Virus record (IMG/VR): IMGVR_UViG_3300044858_001928
Span: 1-29,315 of that record
Reading direction: 5' to 3' (one strand)
DNA: 29,315 nucleotides
Source of the DNA: a virus
Lineage: Duplodnaviria > Caudoviricetes
Part shown: piece by piece, positions 8,558 through 16,816 of the stretch
Position numbering within the stretch: position 1 is the first letter of the stretch
Layout of the letters: every line of letters starts with the position of its first letter
The notes under the pieces: generated by a model
Told to the model about the DNA's origin: nothing
What the model saw: only the letters and a program-made list of their open reading frames with translations
The model's database searches: none
Translations under genes and position numbers: made by a program

Positions 8558-8922
8558 CCAAAGAACCAATCACACAGAAACAATTCGCTCTGTTTATGTT
8601 CATCACCCTTAGTCAACAGGCTGAGGGGTGGGCATTCTTCCTCAAGGACAACCTTCGCATGGAGTCCAAGATGATCCTTAATCGCTATCTTGCAGGAGCG
8701 AGGTCGTTGATGAATCACATCACCGACCTCTACAACTTCGATGATCTTGTCGATCACGCAAGCGTATGGTCTGACCTCATGCGCCTGATGATGGAACTGC
8801 CCATCGAGAAGCGTGAACTGCTCTACACCGGGATGCTGGAGTTCGTCAATGGCAACATAAAGATCGAGGAAGAGATCACTACGATCACTCCTATCGAACA
8901 ACAACTCTCTGAACCTGCATGA
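8545..8922 (+). CDS. hypothetical protein
   Basis: 125 aa, overlaps neighbours at both ends. Confidence 0.7.
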   Translation: MEQVTKEPITQKQFALFMFITLSQQAEGWAFFLKDNLRMESKMILNRYLAGARSLMNHITDLYNFDDLVDHASVWSDLMRLMMELPIEKRELLYTGMLEFVNGNIKIEEEITTITPIEQQLSEPA

Positions 8923-9539
8923 AGATAAGAGCATTACCTAATGACAGATATTGTCTGGATGCAGATATTCAATACTGGCAAGATATAACTGATGTTAAGA
9001 TAATTGATGGCAAAGAATATAAGCATCTTACCAGAGAATTAATTCAAGCAAATACAATTGATTTGATCAACAATCATAAAACCTATGAAGTATCTGTGGA
9101 TGAATGTCCTTTCGGAAATATCTATCATTGGTTAGAGCTTCGTAACTTATCATTTGCAGATTTTTATCAAAATGGTTATTATTTATCAACGAATCATTAT
9201 GTCAGAATATGGACAGCCCTCTTTGATAATGGTTATCTTGATAAACGAATACAGAGAGTCTTCACAGCAAGCAAGATTCATAGTTTTATGAATACAGGAC
9301 CGAAAGATCATGGCAATATATTTTATCTGCCGTTGTTTGACTATGGATTTAACAATAGTTTTGTTATTCAAATATCTCTTGAGTCATTTTTTGGAATTGA
9401 AGACAAGCGCAAGTTAAAATATTATTATGAAATTAAAAGTTATTTCGATAGAACATATCAAATTGACATAGATGAAGAAATAGGATTCAAACAAGTCATT
9501 AAGATATTAAAGAAGAAAATTGAAAAGACAACAATATGA
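8919..9539 (+). CDS. AT-rich hypothetical protein (probable recent acquisition)
   Basis: 206 aa, ATGA-coupled on both sides, visibly lower GC and more A/T-ending codons than its flanks. Confidence 0.75.
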   Translation: MKIRALPNDRYCLDADIQYWQDITDVKIIDGKEYKHLTRELIQANTIDLINNHKTYEVSVDECPFGNIYHWLELRNLSFADFYQNGYYLSTNHYVRIWTALFDNGYLDKRIQRVFTASKIHSFMNTGPKDHGNIFYLPLFDYGFNNSFVIQISLESFFGIEDKRKLKYYYEIKSYFDRTYQIDIDEEIGFKQVIKILKKKIEKTTI

Positions 9540-9778
9540 AACCAACAAACAACAAGTCACTCCTACATTTTCTCTTTGAAACCATGCACAAATTGGACAA
9601 TAAAGAGATCGACATTGAAACGGCAAAGTCTCAAGCGAATCTTGCAAAGCAAGCAAACAATGCACTCAGATATGAACTTGATCGTGCATCTCTTCAGATC
9701 AAGATTGAAGAAGCGAATGGTGTGCGTAGCAATAGCATCAAGATTCGAGATATTGAGATCAATAATCCGGAAGCATGA
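9536..9778 (+). CDS. hypothetical phage protein
   Basis: 80 aa helical protein (LLHFLFETMHKLD...AKSQANLAKQ), ATGA-coupled. Confidence 0.7.
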   Translation: MKPTNNKSLLHFLFETMHKLDNKEIDIETAKSQANLAKQANNALRYELDRASLQIKIEEANGVRSNSIKIRDIEINNPEA

Positions 9779-10218
9779 CCCTGCAAGAACTCACACAAGC
9801 AGTGTGGCAGGAGAAACTATCACGCTATCCTTACTCAGCAGCTCGGAGCGAAGCATTCCTTCCGCTTCCATTCACTGCGAGAGATGCGAACTCACTCACA
9901 AGGTCCATCGAGGCGTTCATCCGCATCACCGGACATTACTGCGATCGCATCAACAACGTGGGCATCTATGACAAGCGCACAGGCAAGTACAGGAGTGGAG
10001 GCACACGCAAGGGCATCGCTGATATCATGGCAACTAAGAAGGTCGAGTACGATGATCGCATCTACGGCATCGCAGTAGCCATCGAAGTGAAGTGGGGCAA
10101 GGATAGGATGTCAGCGGATCAACTCAAGATCAAGGCAGAGATCGAACGTACCGGAGGTGTGTACATCATTGCTCGTACATGGGAGCAATTCATAGAAGAA
10201 TGGAACAATATAAAGTAA
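9775..10218 (+). CDS. VRR-NUC-like PD-(D/E)XK nuclease (possible Holliday junction resolvase)
   Basis: KGIADI...AIEVKWGKDRMSADQ...GGVYIIAR pattern. Confidence 0.8.
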   Translation: MTLQELTQAVWQEKLSRYPYSAARSEAFLPLPFTARDANSLTRSIEAFIRITGHYCDRINNVGIYDKRTGKYRSGGTRKGIADIMATKKVEYDDRIYGIAVAIEVKWGKDRMSADQLKIKAEIERTGGVYIIARTWEQFIEEWNNIK

Positions 10219-10220
10219 CT

Positions 10221-10847
10221 ATGCAAGTCAAAGACATTACTCCCCTACTCCTGCATCCGCACCCGGTCATCATCGAACTTGGAATGTGCGATGGCTACCA
10301 CAGCAATCTGATGCTGGAGCAACTGCACTCTCTCAACAAGCCATACACTTATCACGGTGTTGAACCAGTCAAGCACCTTTATGATCGAATACATCTTAAG
10401 TATGCAGGTGAGAAACACAACATCGCCATTGCATCAGAGAACGGTGAACTTGACCTACACGTGAGTGGAGGATCACACCCACAACATGGAAGCTACTACG
10501 GTAGCAGCAGCATCCGCAGTCCTAAGTTAGTCACCCAAGCATGGGAGCGCATGACCTTCACAACGCAGCGATGCACTGCGATGACCTTCGATACCTTCAT
10601 TGAGTCAATCGGTCTAAAAGATAAACGCATTGACTTCATTTGGGCAGATATTCAAGGAGCAGAGATCGATCTCATCAATGGAGGACAGCAAGCATTGAAA
10701 CATACTCGATATCTTTACACTGAGTACAACAACTCTGAACTCTATGAAGGATGTCTTGATCTCAATAGCATCCTTGCACTGCTCCCTGATTGGGAGCTTG
10801 TGCATGACTACAACGGAGACGCACTACTCATCAATACACTACTATGA
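10221..10847 (+). CDS. FkbM-family SAM-dependent methyltransferase (second copy)
   Basis: IIELGMCDG, GVEP, GSSSI, IDFIWADIQGAE, YLYTEY and LYEG motifs; start ATG 10221. Confidence 0.88.
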   Translation: MQVKDITPLLLHPHPVIIELGMCDGYHSNLMLEQLHSLNKPYTYHGVEPVKHLYDRIHLKYAGEKHNIAIASENGELDLHVSGGSHPQHGSYYGSSSIRSPKLVTQAWERMTFTTQRCTAMTFDTFIESIGLKDKRIDFIWADIQGAEIDLINGGQQALKHTRYLYTEYNNSELYEGCLDLNSILALLPDWELVHDYNGDALLINTLL

Positions 10848-11164
10848 ACCAGAAACTACTATACACCACCATCGCTGTACTGTCGCTGACAGTTGTGATC
10901 TTACTCTTCCGTCCTGCAAGAGTCAAGATCGAAGAGCGCATCACCGAAGACACAGGACGCATCAACGAACTCGTCACTGAGATCAATCACCAAGACGAGC
11001 GCATCAACACGATGCAGGACTCTCTGACGCTGCTGATAAAAGAGATTGAACTCAAACAGAAACAAATCACTAAACTAACACGCATCAATCATGAGAAGAA
11101 CTCTATCATTGCTCGTATGTCTAACGATGAGCTTGTCCGCTTTCTCACAAACCGCTACAAGTAA
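10844..11164 (+). CDS. N-terminally anchored coiled-coil membrane protein (inner-spanin-like)
   Basis: TM segment TTIAVLSLTVVILLF followed by a long coiled coil; overlaps the next gene. Confidence 0.5.
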   Translation: MNQKLLYTTIAVLSLTVVILLFRPARVKIEERITEDTGRINELVTEINHQDERINTMQDSLTLLIKEIELKQKQITKLTRINHEKNSIIARMSNDELVRFLTNRYK

Positions 11165-11516
11165 GGACTCCATCATCGCACTGCCCAAGCGCATCGTGAC
11201 TAAGATGGTGCAGGACTTAGTACGCTGTGACGATGACCGGGAACAACTGCGTCTGTGCATGGAAGTCAACACCAACTATGAGCAAGCACTGTCTGTCACC
11301 GACAGCATACAATCCATGCACAAGAGCAAGATCGCTTCACTGCGTGAGTCTGTTAGCGTGTATGAGACGCTCACAACAGATCAGGAGTTCAAGATCAGAG
11401 GACTGGAGAAAGACCTTGCCAAGCGCAAGAAGAGCAATCACTGGTGGAAGGCAATCGCCATTGGTGCGATCGGTGGCATCGTAGTCAATCACATGAGCTG
11501 GAGGGGGTGGAGATGA
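11091..11516 (+). CDS. signal-peptide coiled-coil protein with C-terminal hydrophobic segment (spanin-like partner)
   Basis: Signal peptide MRRTLSLLVCLTMSLSAFS|Q, coiled coil, then WWKAIAIGAIGGIVV. Confidence 0.5.
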   Translation: MRRTLSLLVCLTMSLSAFSQTATSKDSIIALPKRIVTKMVQDLVRCDDDREQLRLCMEVNTNYEQALSVTDSIQSMHKSKIASLRESVSVYETLTTDQEFKIRGLEKDLAKRKKSNHWWKAIAIGAIGGIVVNHMSWRGWR

Positions 11517-12559
11517 TTCACTTCTCACTATTCTCAGGCATCGGTGGATTTGATCTTGCATCAGAGTGGATGGGATGGAAGAACTACCTCAGTTGCGAGA
11601 TCAATGAATTCGGAAACAAAATACTTGAATATTACTGGGCAGATGCCTATCATCACAGAGACATTCACACATTAACTTATGAAACAATCGACATTGAACT
11701 TTCCAGAAGATTTGGATCAGACTGGAGAAATGATGACATCATCATCACCGGTGGCTTCCCATGCCAACCCTACTCTATGGCAGGAAAGCGATTGGGCAAA
11801 GAAGACGAGAGACATCTCTTCCCGGAGATGCTTAGAATCATTCGAGAAGTTCAGCCGAAATGGATTGTGGGCGAAAATGTTCTCGGCATTGTTAATTGGT
11901 CAGGAGGGCTGGTATTCGAAGAGGTGCAAGCTGACTTGGAAGCTCAAGGGTACGAAGTACAATCGTATGTACTTCCAGCTTGTGCCGTCAATGCTCCCCA
12001 TCGAAGAGACAGGGTTTGGTTTGTTGCCTACTCCAATGGCACAGGAAAGAAACACAACGGAGGAACAAACATTGCAGAGGAAAGAGAAATACGGGGGGAT
12101 GAAAAGAGCAATGTACTTGCAGAATTATGCGGTGATGGGAATGCTTCCGACCCCGACAGCGACTGGTTGCGACAGGAACACAAACTATGCACAAGGGGGA
12201 ACTTGCCTGAAGAATGGACTGATGAATCAAGGACTCCTCCCGACACCGAGAGCCAATCAGGTAAATGGGTGCGACCTGAACAGCGAGAATTTAGCGAATC
12301 GGAACAAGGGCAATTTAGAGGAACATGTGGCGAAATGGGTAACACAACAGGAAACTGGCAAAACTTCCCAACTCAATCCCCAATTTGTAATGGAAATGAT
12401 GGGCTTTCCTCCCGACTGGACTCTATTACCTTTCCTAAGTGGAGAAACGAGTCAATCAAGGGCGGTGGAAACGCCATAGTCCCTCAAGTCTGCATACAAA
12501 TCTTCAAATCAATAGAACAATATGAACTCTCTCAACAATCTCCTGATCCAATGGGATGA
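11513..12559 (+). CDS. DNA cytosine-5 methyltransferase, large (alpha) subunit
   Basis: Start ATG 11513. Motifs I (FSGIGG), IV (GGFPCQPYS), VI (ENV), VIII (PHRRDRVWFVA) and X (GNAIVPQV) are present; no motif IX in this frame. Confidence 0.92.
   Translation: MIHFSLFSGIGGFDLASEWMGWKNYLSCEINEFGNKILEYYWADAYHHRDIHTLTYETIDIELSRRFGSDWRNDDIIITGGFPCQPYSMAGKRLGKEDERHLFPEMLRIIREVQPKWIVGENVLGIVNWSGGLVFEEVQADLEAQGYEVQSYVLPACAVNAPHRRDRVWFVAYSNGTGKKHNGGTNIAEEREIRGDEKSNVLAELCGDGNASDPDSDWLRQEHKLCTRGNLPEEWTDESRTPPDTESQSGKWVRPEQREFSESEQGQFRGTCGEMGNTTGNWQNFPTQSPICNGNDGLSSRLDSITFPKWRNESIKGGGNAIVPQVCIQIFKSIEQYELSQQSPDPMG
11679..12479 (+). CDS. nested alternative-frame (beta) subunit of the C5 methyltransferase
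   Basis: 266-aa ORF wholly inside the MTase gene; three LPTP modules and LNPQFVMEMMGFPPDWT (motif IX-like). Confidence 0.8.
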   Translation: MKQSTLNFPEDLDQTGEMMTSSSPVASHANPTLWQESDWAKKTRDISSRRCLESFEKFSRNGLWAKMFSALLIGQEGWYSKRCKLTWKLKGTKYNRMYFQLVPSMLPIEETGFGLLPTPMAQERNTTEEQTLQRKEKYGGMKRAMYLQNYAVMGMLPTPTATGCDRNTNYAQGGTCLKNGLMNQGLLPTPRANQVNGCDLNSENLANRNKGNLEEHVAKWVTQQETGKTSQLNPQFVMEMMGFPPDWTLLPFLSGETSQSRAVETP

Positions 12560-12752
12560 CATCGGACTTAAGGTAAGACCATCACACAGCGCATACAACT
12601 CGTGCATCTCTCGCTACTTCGAAGCTCTCGATGGCATCGACATCGCACCTCCTCACCTGCGAGAGTACTACATCGTGAGCAAGCGCAAGTGGGCGAGACT
12701 ATCTCGACTGCTCGATGAGATACTCACGCACCAAGACTGGAACAACTCTTAA
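12522..12752 (+). CDS. hypothetical protein
   Basis: 76 aa, overlaps the 3' end of the MTase gene. Confidence 0.6.
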   Translation: MNSLNNLLIQWDDIGLKVRPSHSAYNSCISRYFEALDGIDIAPPHLREYYIVSKRKWARLSRLLDEILTHQDWNNS

Positions 12753-12766
12753 CCACCAACAACAAC

Positions 12767-12910
12767 ATGATCAACATCAACCAATCACTGCTCATGCACT
12801 TCCTCAGGTGCAGACAGATCAACGGCACTCCCTCAGTCCTCGACATCGTCCTTCGCATCAACAATACCAACACACGCACTGTACTCCCTCCGGGATGGCA
12901 GTGGAGGTGA
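12767..12910 (+). CDS. small hypothetical protein (47 aa)
   Basis: (CAA)n leader then MININQSLLMHFLRCRQINGTPSVLDIVLRINNTNTRTVLPPGWQWR*. Confidence 0.5.
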   Translation: MININQSLLMHFLRCRQINGTPSVLDIVLRINNTNTRTVLPPGWQWR

Positions 12911-12926
12911 TCACTACCACAACAAC

Positions 12927-15308
12927 ATGAGCAAGATCACCATCTTCCCTTCGGTGAGAGAGACATCATCTGGTCACTTCATCACCATCGAGACTGCACT
13001 GCAACGCATCAAAAACAACCCGAAGCAGCATGACCTGATTCAACGCATCCGCAACTCGACAGACAAGGCGCAGCGTGATGAACTCAAGCGCACACTTCCT
13101 GCATATTGCTTCTCCGGGATGTTTACACGGAAGAACACCGCCTCCATACAACAGCACTCAGGACTCATCTGCCTCGACTTCGACAATGAGACACGAGACA
13201 ACATCCTACGTGCAGGAGGTGACTACATCTACGCTTGCTTCCTCTCACCATCAGGCAAGGGGTATAAGGTACTGGTCAGGATCCCTCCATCAATAGAAGA
13301 TCACACCAACTACTTCCTCTCACTCAAGGATCATTTCAACCTGCCATCCTTCGACATCAAAGTCAAGAACATCTCGACCGCTTGCTACGATACCGAAGAC
13401 CCGGACATCTACATAAACACCGATGCACCTGTGTATCTCAAGATGAACTATACCGAGTCGTTCAAGTCCTTCACGCAGATACCAGCAGGACTGCTGATGA
13501 CTAACTCGTCACGCATCATCGACAAGCTCCAGAAGTGGATCGACAGGACCGACTCGTTCACATCAGGACGCAACAACTACATCCATAAGTTCGCTTGCGC
13601 CCTCAATCGCTATGGCATCACCATCGTTGAAGCACTGCGATACCTCCAACAGTTCGCACAACCAGACTTCAGCAGTGAAGAGATCGAGCGTACCGTCAAG
13701 TCAGCGTACAACCTTAACCAAAGCGAACACAAGACCGAGTTCTTCAAGGACGCAGAACCACTGTACGCAGTCCAGCAATGGAAGCGACAGCAACTCCCAC
13801 TGCAAGACATCAAGAGCCAGCTCATCACCAACTACCAGATCACCGGGCAGCAAGCAGATGACATCATCACCGAAGCAAGCAACGCACCTGCATCAGACAT
13901 CTTCTGGTATGAGCGCAAGACTAAAGTAGGCATCATGTACCACGTTGACAAGACCGCCCTTCGTAAGATATACGAGCGGTATGCGATCAGACGCTATAAG
14001 ATGAATGATAAGTCGTGGATGATGGTCCAGATAGATGGGTGCAAGGTCAGAGAGATCGTCATTGACGAGATGAAAGACATCATCCGCAGACACTTCGACT
14101 CACTGCCTGTCACGATCAACAACACTCCCAAGCACATAATTCAGAACCAACTGGAAGACCGACTTGACGAGAACTTCCTGCGCCCAGACAAACTTGCATG
14201 GCTGGAAGACTATCAGATCAAGTTCAACCGTGATGACCTTAACACTGCCTACTTCTACTATCGCAATTGTATGCTAAAGGTCACAGCCGACAACATCGAA
14301 GTGTGCGACTATACCACTACGATGGACTCCTACATCTGGGCTGATCAGATCATCGACAGAGACTTTGAACTGCTGACCAAAGATCAGATTCCATACTCTG
14401 AATATTGGGACTTCATCCGACTCATCAGCACCGGAGATCATATGACCGAAGAGAACATCAGAAACTTCGACTCTATCTGCAACACCATCGGCTTCCTCCT
14501 GCACTCATTCAAGGACAAGTCCAACCCGAAGGCAGTCATCATCACAGACGAGATCATCTCAGACACAGCGCAGGGTGGTGTCGGCAAGGGCATATTCATA
14601 CAAGGCATCTCGCACATCAAGCGCACCGTGAAGTTCGATGGCAAGCTATGGTCGTGGACCAAACCATTCCTATACCAGCGTGTAACCCTCGCCACGCAAG
14701 TCCTCGCATGGGAGGACGTGCTGAAGAACTTCAACTTTGAGAAACTATTCTCCCTGATCACCGATGGCATCGAGATCGAGAAGAAGAACAAGGACTCCTA
14801 CTATATCGACTACGCTGAAGCACCGAAGGTGATGATCACCTCAAACTATGTCATCAGCGGTCACGGTGACTCGCAAGAGAGACGCAAGCATGAGATCGAA
14901 CTCAAACGCTTCTTCCATAAAGACTACAAGCCGGTCCAGTACTTCAAGCACAACCTATTCGATGGGTGGGATGATCGCCAGTGGCTACTATTCGACAACT
15001 TTATGATGTATTGCGTTGCTCAGTACCTTGATGTCGGACTGTTGCCAAGCACCAACAACACGCTGCGCTATAAGAAACTCATCAACACAGTCCCGGAAGA
15101 AGTAATGCAATGGATCAGAGAGTTCGTCATTGTCGGAGTCGAGTACAAGCTCACTGATATAGTTGATCAGATCAGGTCAGCATTCCAAGAGCATCAGAAG
15201 ACCATGCACAGGACAATCATGCAGTGGATCATCGACACATTCAAGTTCATGAATCGCAATGTCACCAAGAAGACAAGCAGAGATGGGGTGTACTTCACGG
15301 TGGGGTGA
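12927..15308 (+). CDS. primase-helicase (VirE-N/BT4734-like primase, PriCT-like domain, P-loop helicase)
   Basis: FSGMF, HSGLICLDFD and FLSPSGKGYKVLV; GRNNYIHKFACALNRYGI; Walker A GGVGKG, Walker B VLAWED, ITSNY and SQERRK. Confidence 0.88.
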   Translation: MSKITIFPSVRETSSGHFITIETALQRIKNNPKQHDLIQRIRNSTDKAQRDELKRTLPAYCFSGMFTRKNTASIQQHSGLICLDFDNETRDNILRAGGDYIYACFLSPSGKGYKVLVRIPPSIEDHTNYFLSLKDHFNLPSFDIKVKNISTACYDTEDPDIYINTDAPVYLKMNYTESFKSFTQIPAGLLMTNSSRIIDKLQKWIDRTDSFTSGRNNYIHKFACALNRYGITIVEALRYLQQFAQPDFSSEEIERTVKSAYNLNQSEHKTEFFKDAEPLYAVQQWKRQQLPLQDIKSQLITNYQITGQQADDIITEASNAPASDIFWYERKTKVGIMYHVDKTALRKIYERYAIRRYKMNDKSWMMVQIDGCKVREIVIDEMKDIIRRHFDSLPVTINNTPKHIIQNQLEDRLDENFLRPDKLAWLEDYQIKFNRDDLNTAYFYYRNCMLKVTADNIEVCDYTTTMDSYIWADQIIDRDFELLTKDQIPYSEYWDFIRLISTGDHMTEENIRNFDSICNTIGFLLHSFKDKSNPKAVIITDEIISDTAQGGVGKGIFIQGISHIKRTVKFDGKLWSWTKPFLYQRVTLATQVLAWEDVLKNFNFEKLFSLITDGIEIEKKNKDSYYIDYAEAPKVMITSNYVISGHGDSQERRKHEIELKRFFHKDYKPVQYFKHNLFDGWDDRQWLLFDNFMMYCVAQYLDVGLLPSTNNTLRYKKLINTVPEEVMQWIREFVIVGVEYKLTDIVDQIRSAFQEHQKTMHRTIMQWIIDTFKFMNRNVTKKTSRDGVYFTVG

Positions 15309-15379
15309 TCCATGCACATGATGCCAGAGGTCATGTCTATGCCCGGTCAATCTGCGACTTCGATGATTACTGGGGGGAT

Positions 15380-15650
15380 CGGTGAGGCTCATGTGGGGCA
15401 AAAGCGAGGCAGATGTGATGATGCGTGAGGTTGATGTGATGCAGTTGCGAGGATGTAACTCGCTGATAATCTAAGATAACGATTATGTGATGATACCAAG
15501 GCTATCTATTTATATATATATATTTTATTTTTATTTACTTCTTCTTTACCTATTGTTATGATTAGTATCATAACATCATAACATAATAAGAGAATCAATT
15601 AGTTAGATCATAACTTTTCATAACATTATCATCACGCATCATCACAATGA
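15380..15650. other. putative origin of replication
   Basis: Non-coding region after the primase. GTGATG(AT)-type repeats on the left, ATCAT(A/C)AC on the right, a perfect 15-bp inverted repeat (15414-15428 / 15632-15646) and a central AT core with (TA)6 at 15511-15522. Confidence 0.75.
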
Positions 15651-15733
15651 ATTTCTGATGAAGATTTATCAGACTTAAGGCAGTGCATGGATTAAAAAAC
15701 TACGTTTACAAGTTAATCATAAACAACAACACA

Positions 15734-15982
15734 ATGGAACAGAAAGACAACTCAGGCGCACTCTTCGCCAACGACAAGAAGACAGCAGACAATCACCCCG
15801 ATTACAATGGGAAGTGCATGGTTGACGGCAAGATGAAGGACCTCGCTGCATGGGTCAAGACCAGCAAGTCCGGGCAGAAGTATCTGAGCATTTCGATTAA
15901 AGAGCCTTACAAAGCCAATACAAGCCCTCAGACGAACGATCGGCAGTCGGTTAATGTAGGACACTCAGATTTTCCTTTCTAA
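15734..15982 (+). CDS. small ssDNA-binding-like protein (DUF736-like)
   Basis: NSGALFANDKK...HPDYNG...AAWVK...GQKYLSISI and an SSB-type C-terminus SDFPF; start ATG 15734. Confidence 0.75.
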   Translation: MEQKDNSGALFANDKKTADNHPDYNGKCMVDGKMKDLAAWVKTSKSGQKYLSISIKEPYKANTSPQTNDRQSVNVGHSDFPF

Positions 15983-15995
15983 GCCTATAAACGAA

Positions 15996-16172
15996 ATGAA
16001 AGCCATAATCTACCAAGATGCCCGGAAACAGTGGAGGTGGAGGATCCTGTCCCGCAACGGCAGGATCATCGCTGACTCAGGCGAGTCCTACACCAGACGC
16101 ACAAGGTGCATGGATGGACTCAAGCTACTTCAGTCGATCTGCAATCAAGAGATTCAAGTCATCATCGCATGA
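15996..16172 (+). CDS. DUF1508/YegP-like protein (58 aa), missed by the ORF track
   Basis: MKAIIYQDARKQWRWRILSRNGRIIADSGESYTRRTRCMDGL..., matching the WRWRxxxxNGxIIAxSGExY pattern; ATGA-coupled to the next gene. Confidence 0.8.
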   Translation: MKAIIYQDARKQWRWRILSRNGRIIADSGESYTRRTRCMDGLKLLQSICNQEIQVIIA

Positions 16173-16816
16173 ACATCAGTTTGGTACACCCCAGCTTCAA
16201 GCGTCCACGACAGGCGCATGACTGCTACAAGCACTGGGTGATGAAGAGCGACAACGCCTGCGAGTATGAGTGGATCATCTCACTCAGCGACAACGATCCG
16301 ACTGCATCGCAGTACATCCACATCTTCAGGCATGAGCCGGTCACCATCATCAGCACTGGAGCGACCAACATGGTCATGGCATCCAATGCAGGGGCGAAGA
16401 TCGCAGGTCAAGATATCTTGATCCTCGTCAGCGATGATATGTTTGCGCCTCAGGGATGGGACTCGATCCTGCTCGATTGGTTCGCTCGCCATCCAGAGCC
16501 TGCGGTATTGCAGGTGCATGATGGCATCAGATCGGACATCCTGACGATCCCAATTATGAACAGAGGCGCATACGAGCGACTCGGCTATCTCTACCATCCT
16601 AAGTATATCAGTATGTTTGCAGACAACGATCTCACCGAGACAGCGAGGAAACACGGAATGTACCACGTGGATGAGAGCATCGAGATCGAACACAGACACT
16701 ACACGGTTGGCAAGTCTCAACTCGATGAGACCTACAAGCGTGAGAACTCAGCAACTGCATGGACACACGGACAGCGACTATTCAATCAACGACAGAAGAT
16801 CGGCTTTCCACTGTGA
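16169..16816 (+). CDS. glycosyltransferase, GT-A fold (GT2-like)
   Basis: ISLVHPSFKRP, ILILVSDDM (DxD-like), GYLYHPKY, FADNDL and IEHRH; start ATG 16169. Confidence 0.8.
   Translation: MNISLVHPSFKRPRQAHDCYKHWVMKSDNACEYEWIISLSDNDPTASQYIHIFRHEPVTIISTGATNMVMASNAGAKIAGQDILILVSDDMFAPQGWDSILLDWFARHPEPAVLQVHDGIRSDILTIPIMNRGAYERLGYLYHPKYISMFADNDLTETARKHGMYHVDESIEIEHRHYTVGKSQLDETYKRENSATAWTHGQRLFNQRQKIGFPL

Noticed and set aside
12715-12930. His/Gln-rich 71-aa ORF
   Set aside because: By-product of C/A-rich DNA; 12767..12910 has a proper ATG and leader.
15983-16168. Possible tRNA/ncRNA (GATCCTG...CAGGATC hairpin near 16043-16067)
   Set aside because: No cloverleaf or T-loop; the region is explained by the DUF1508-like CDS.
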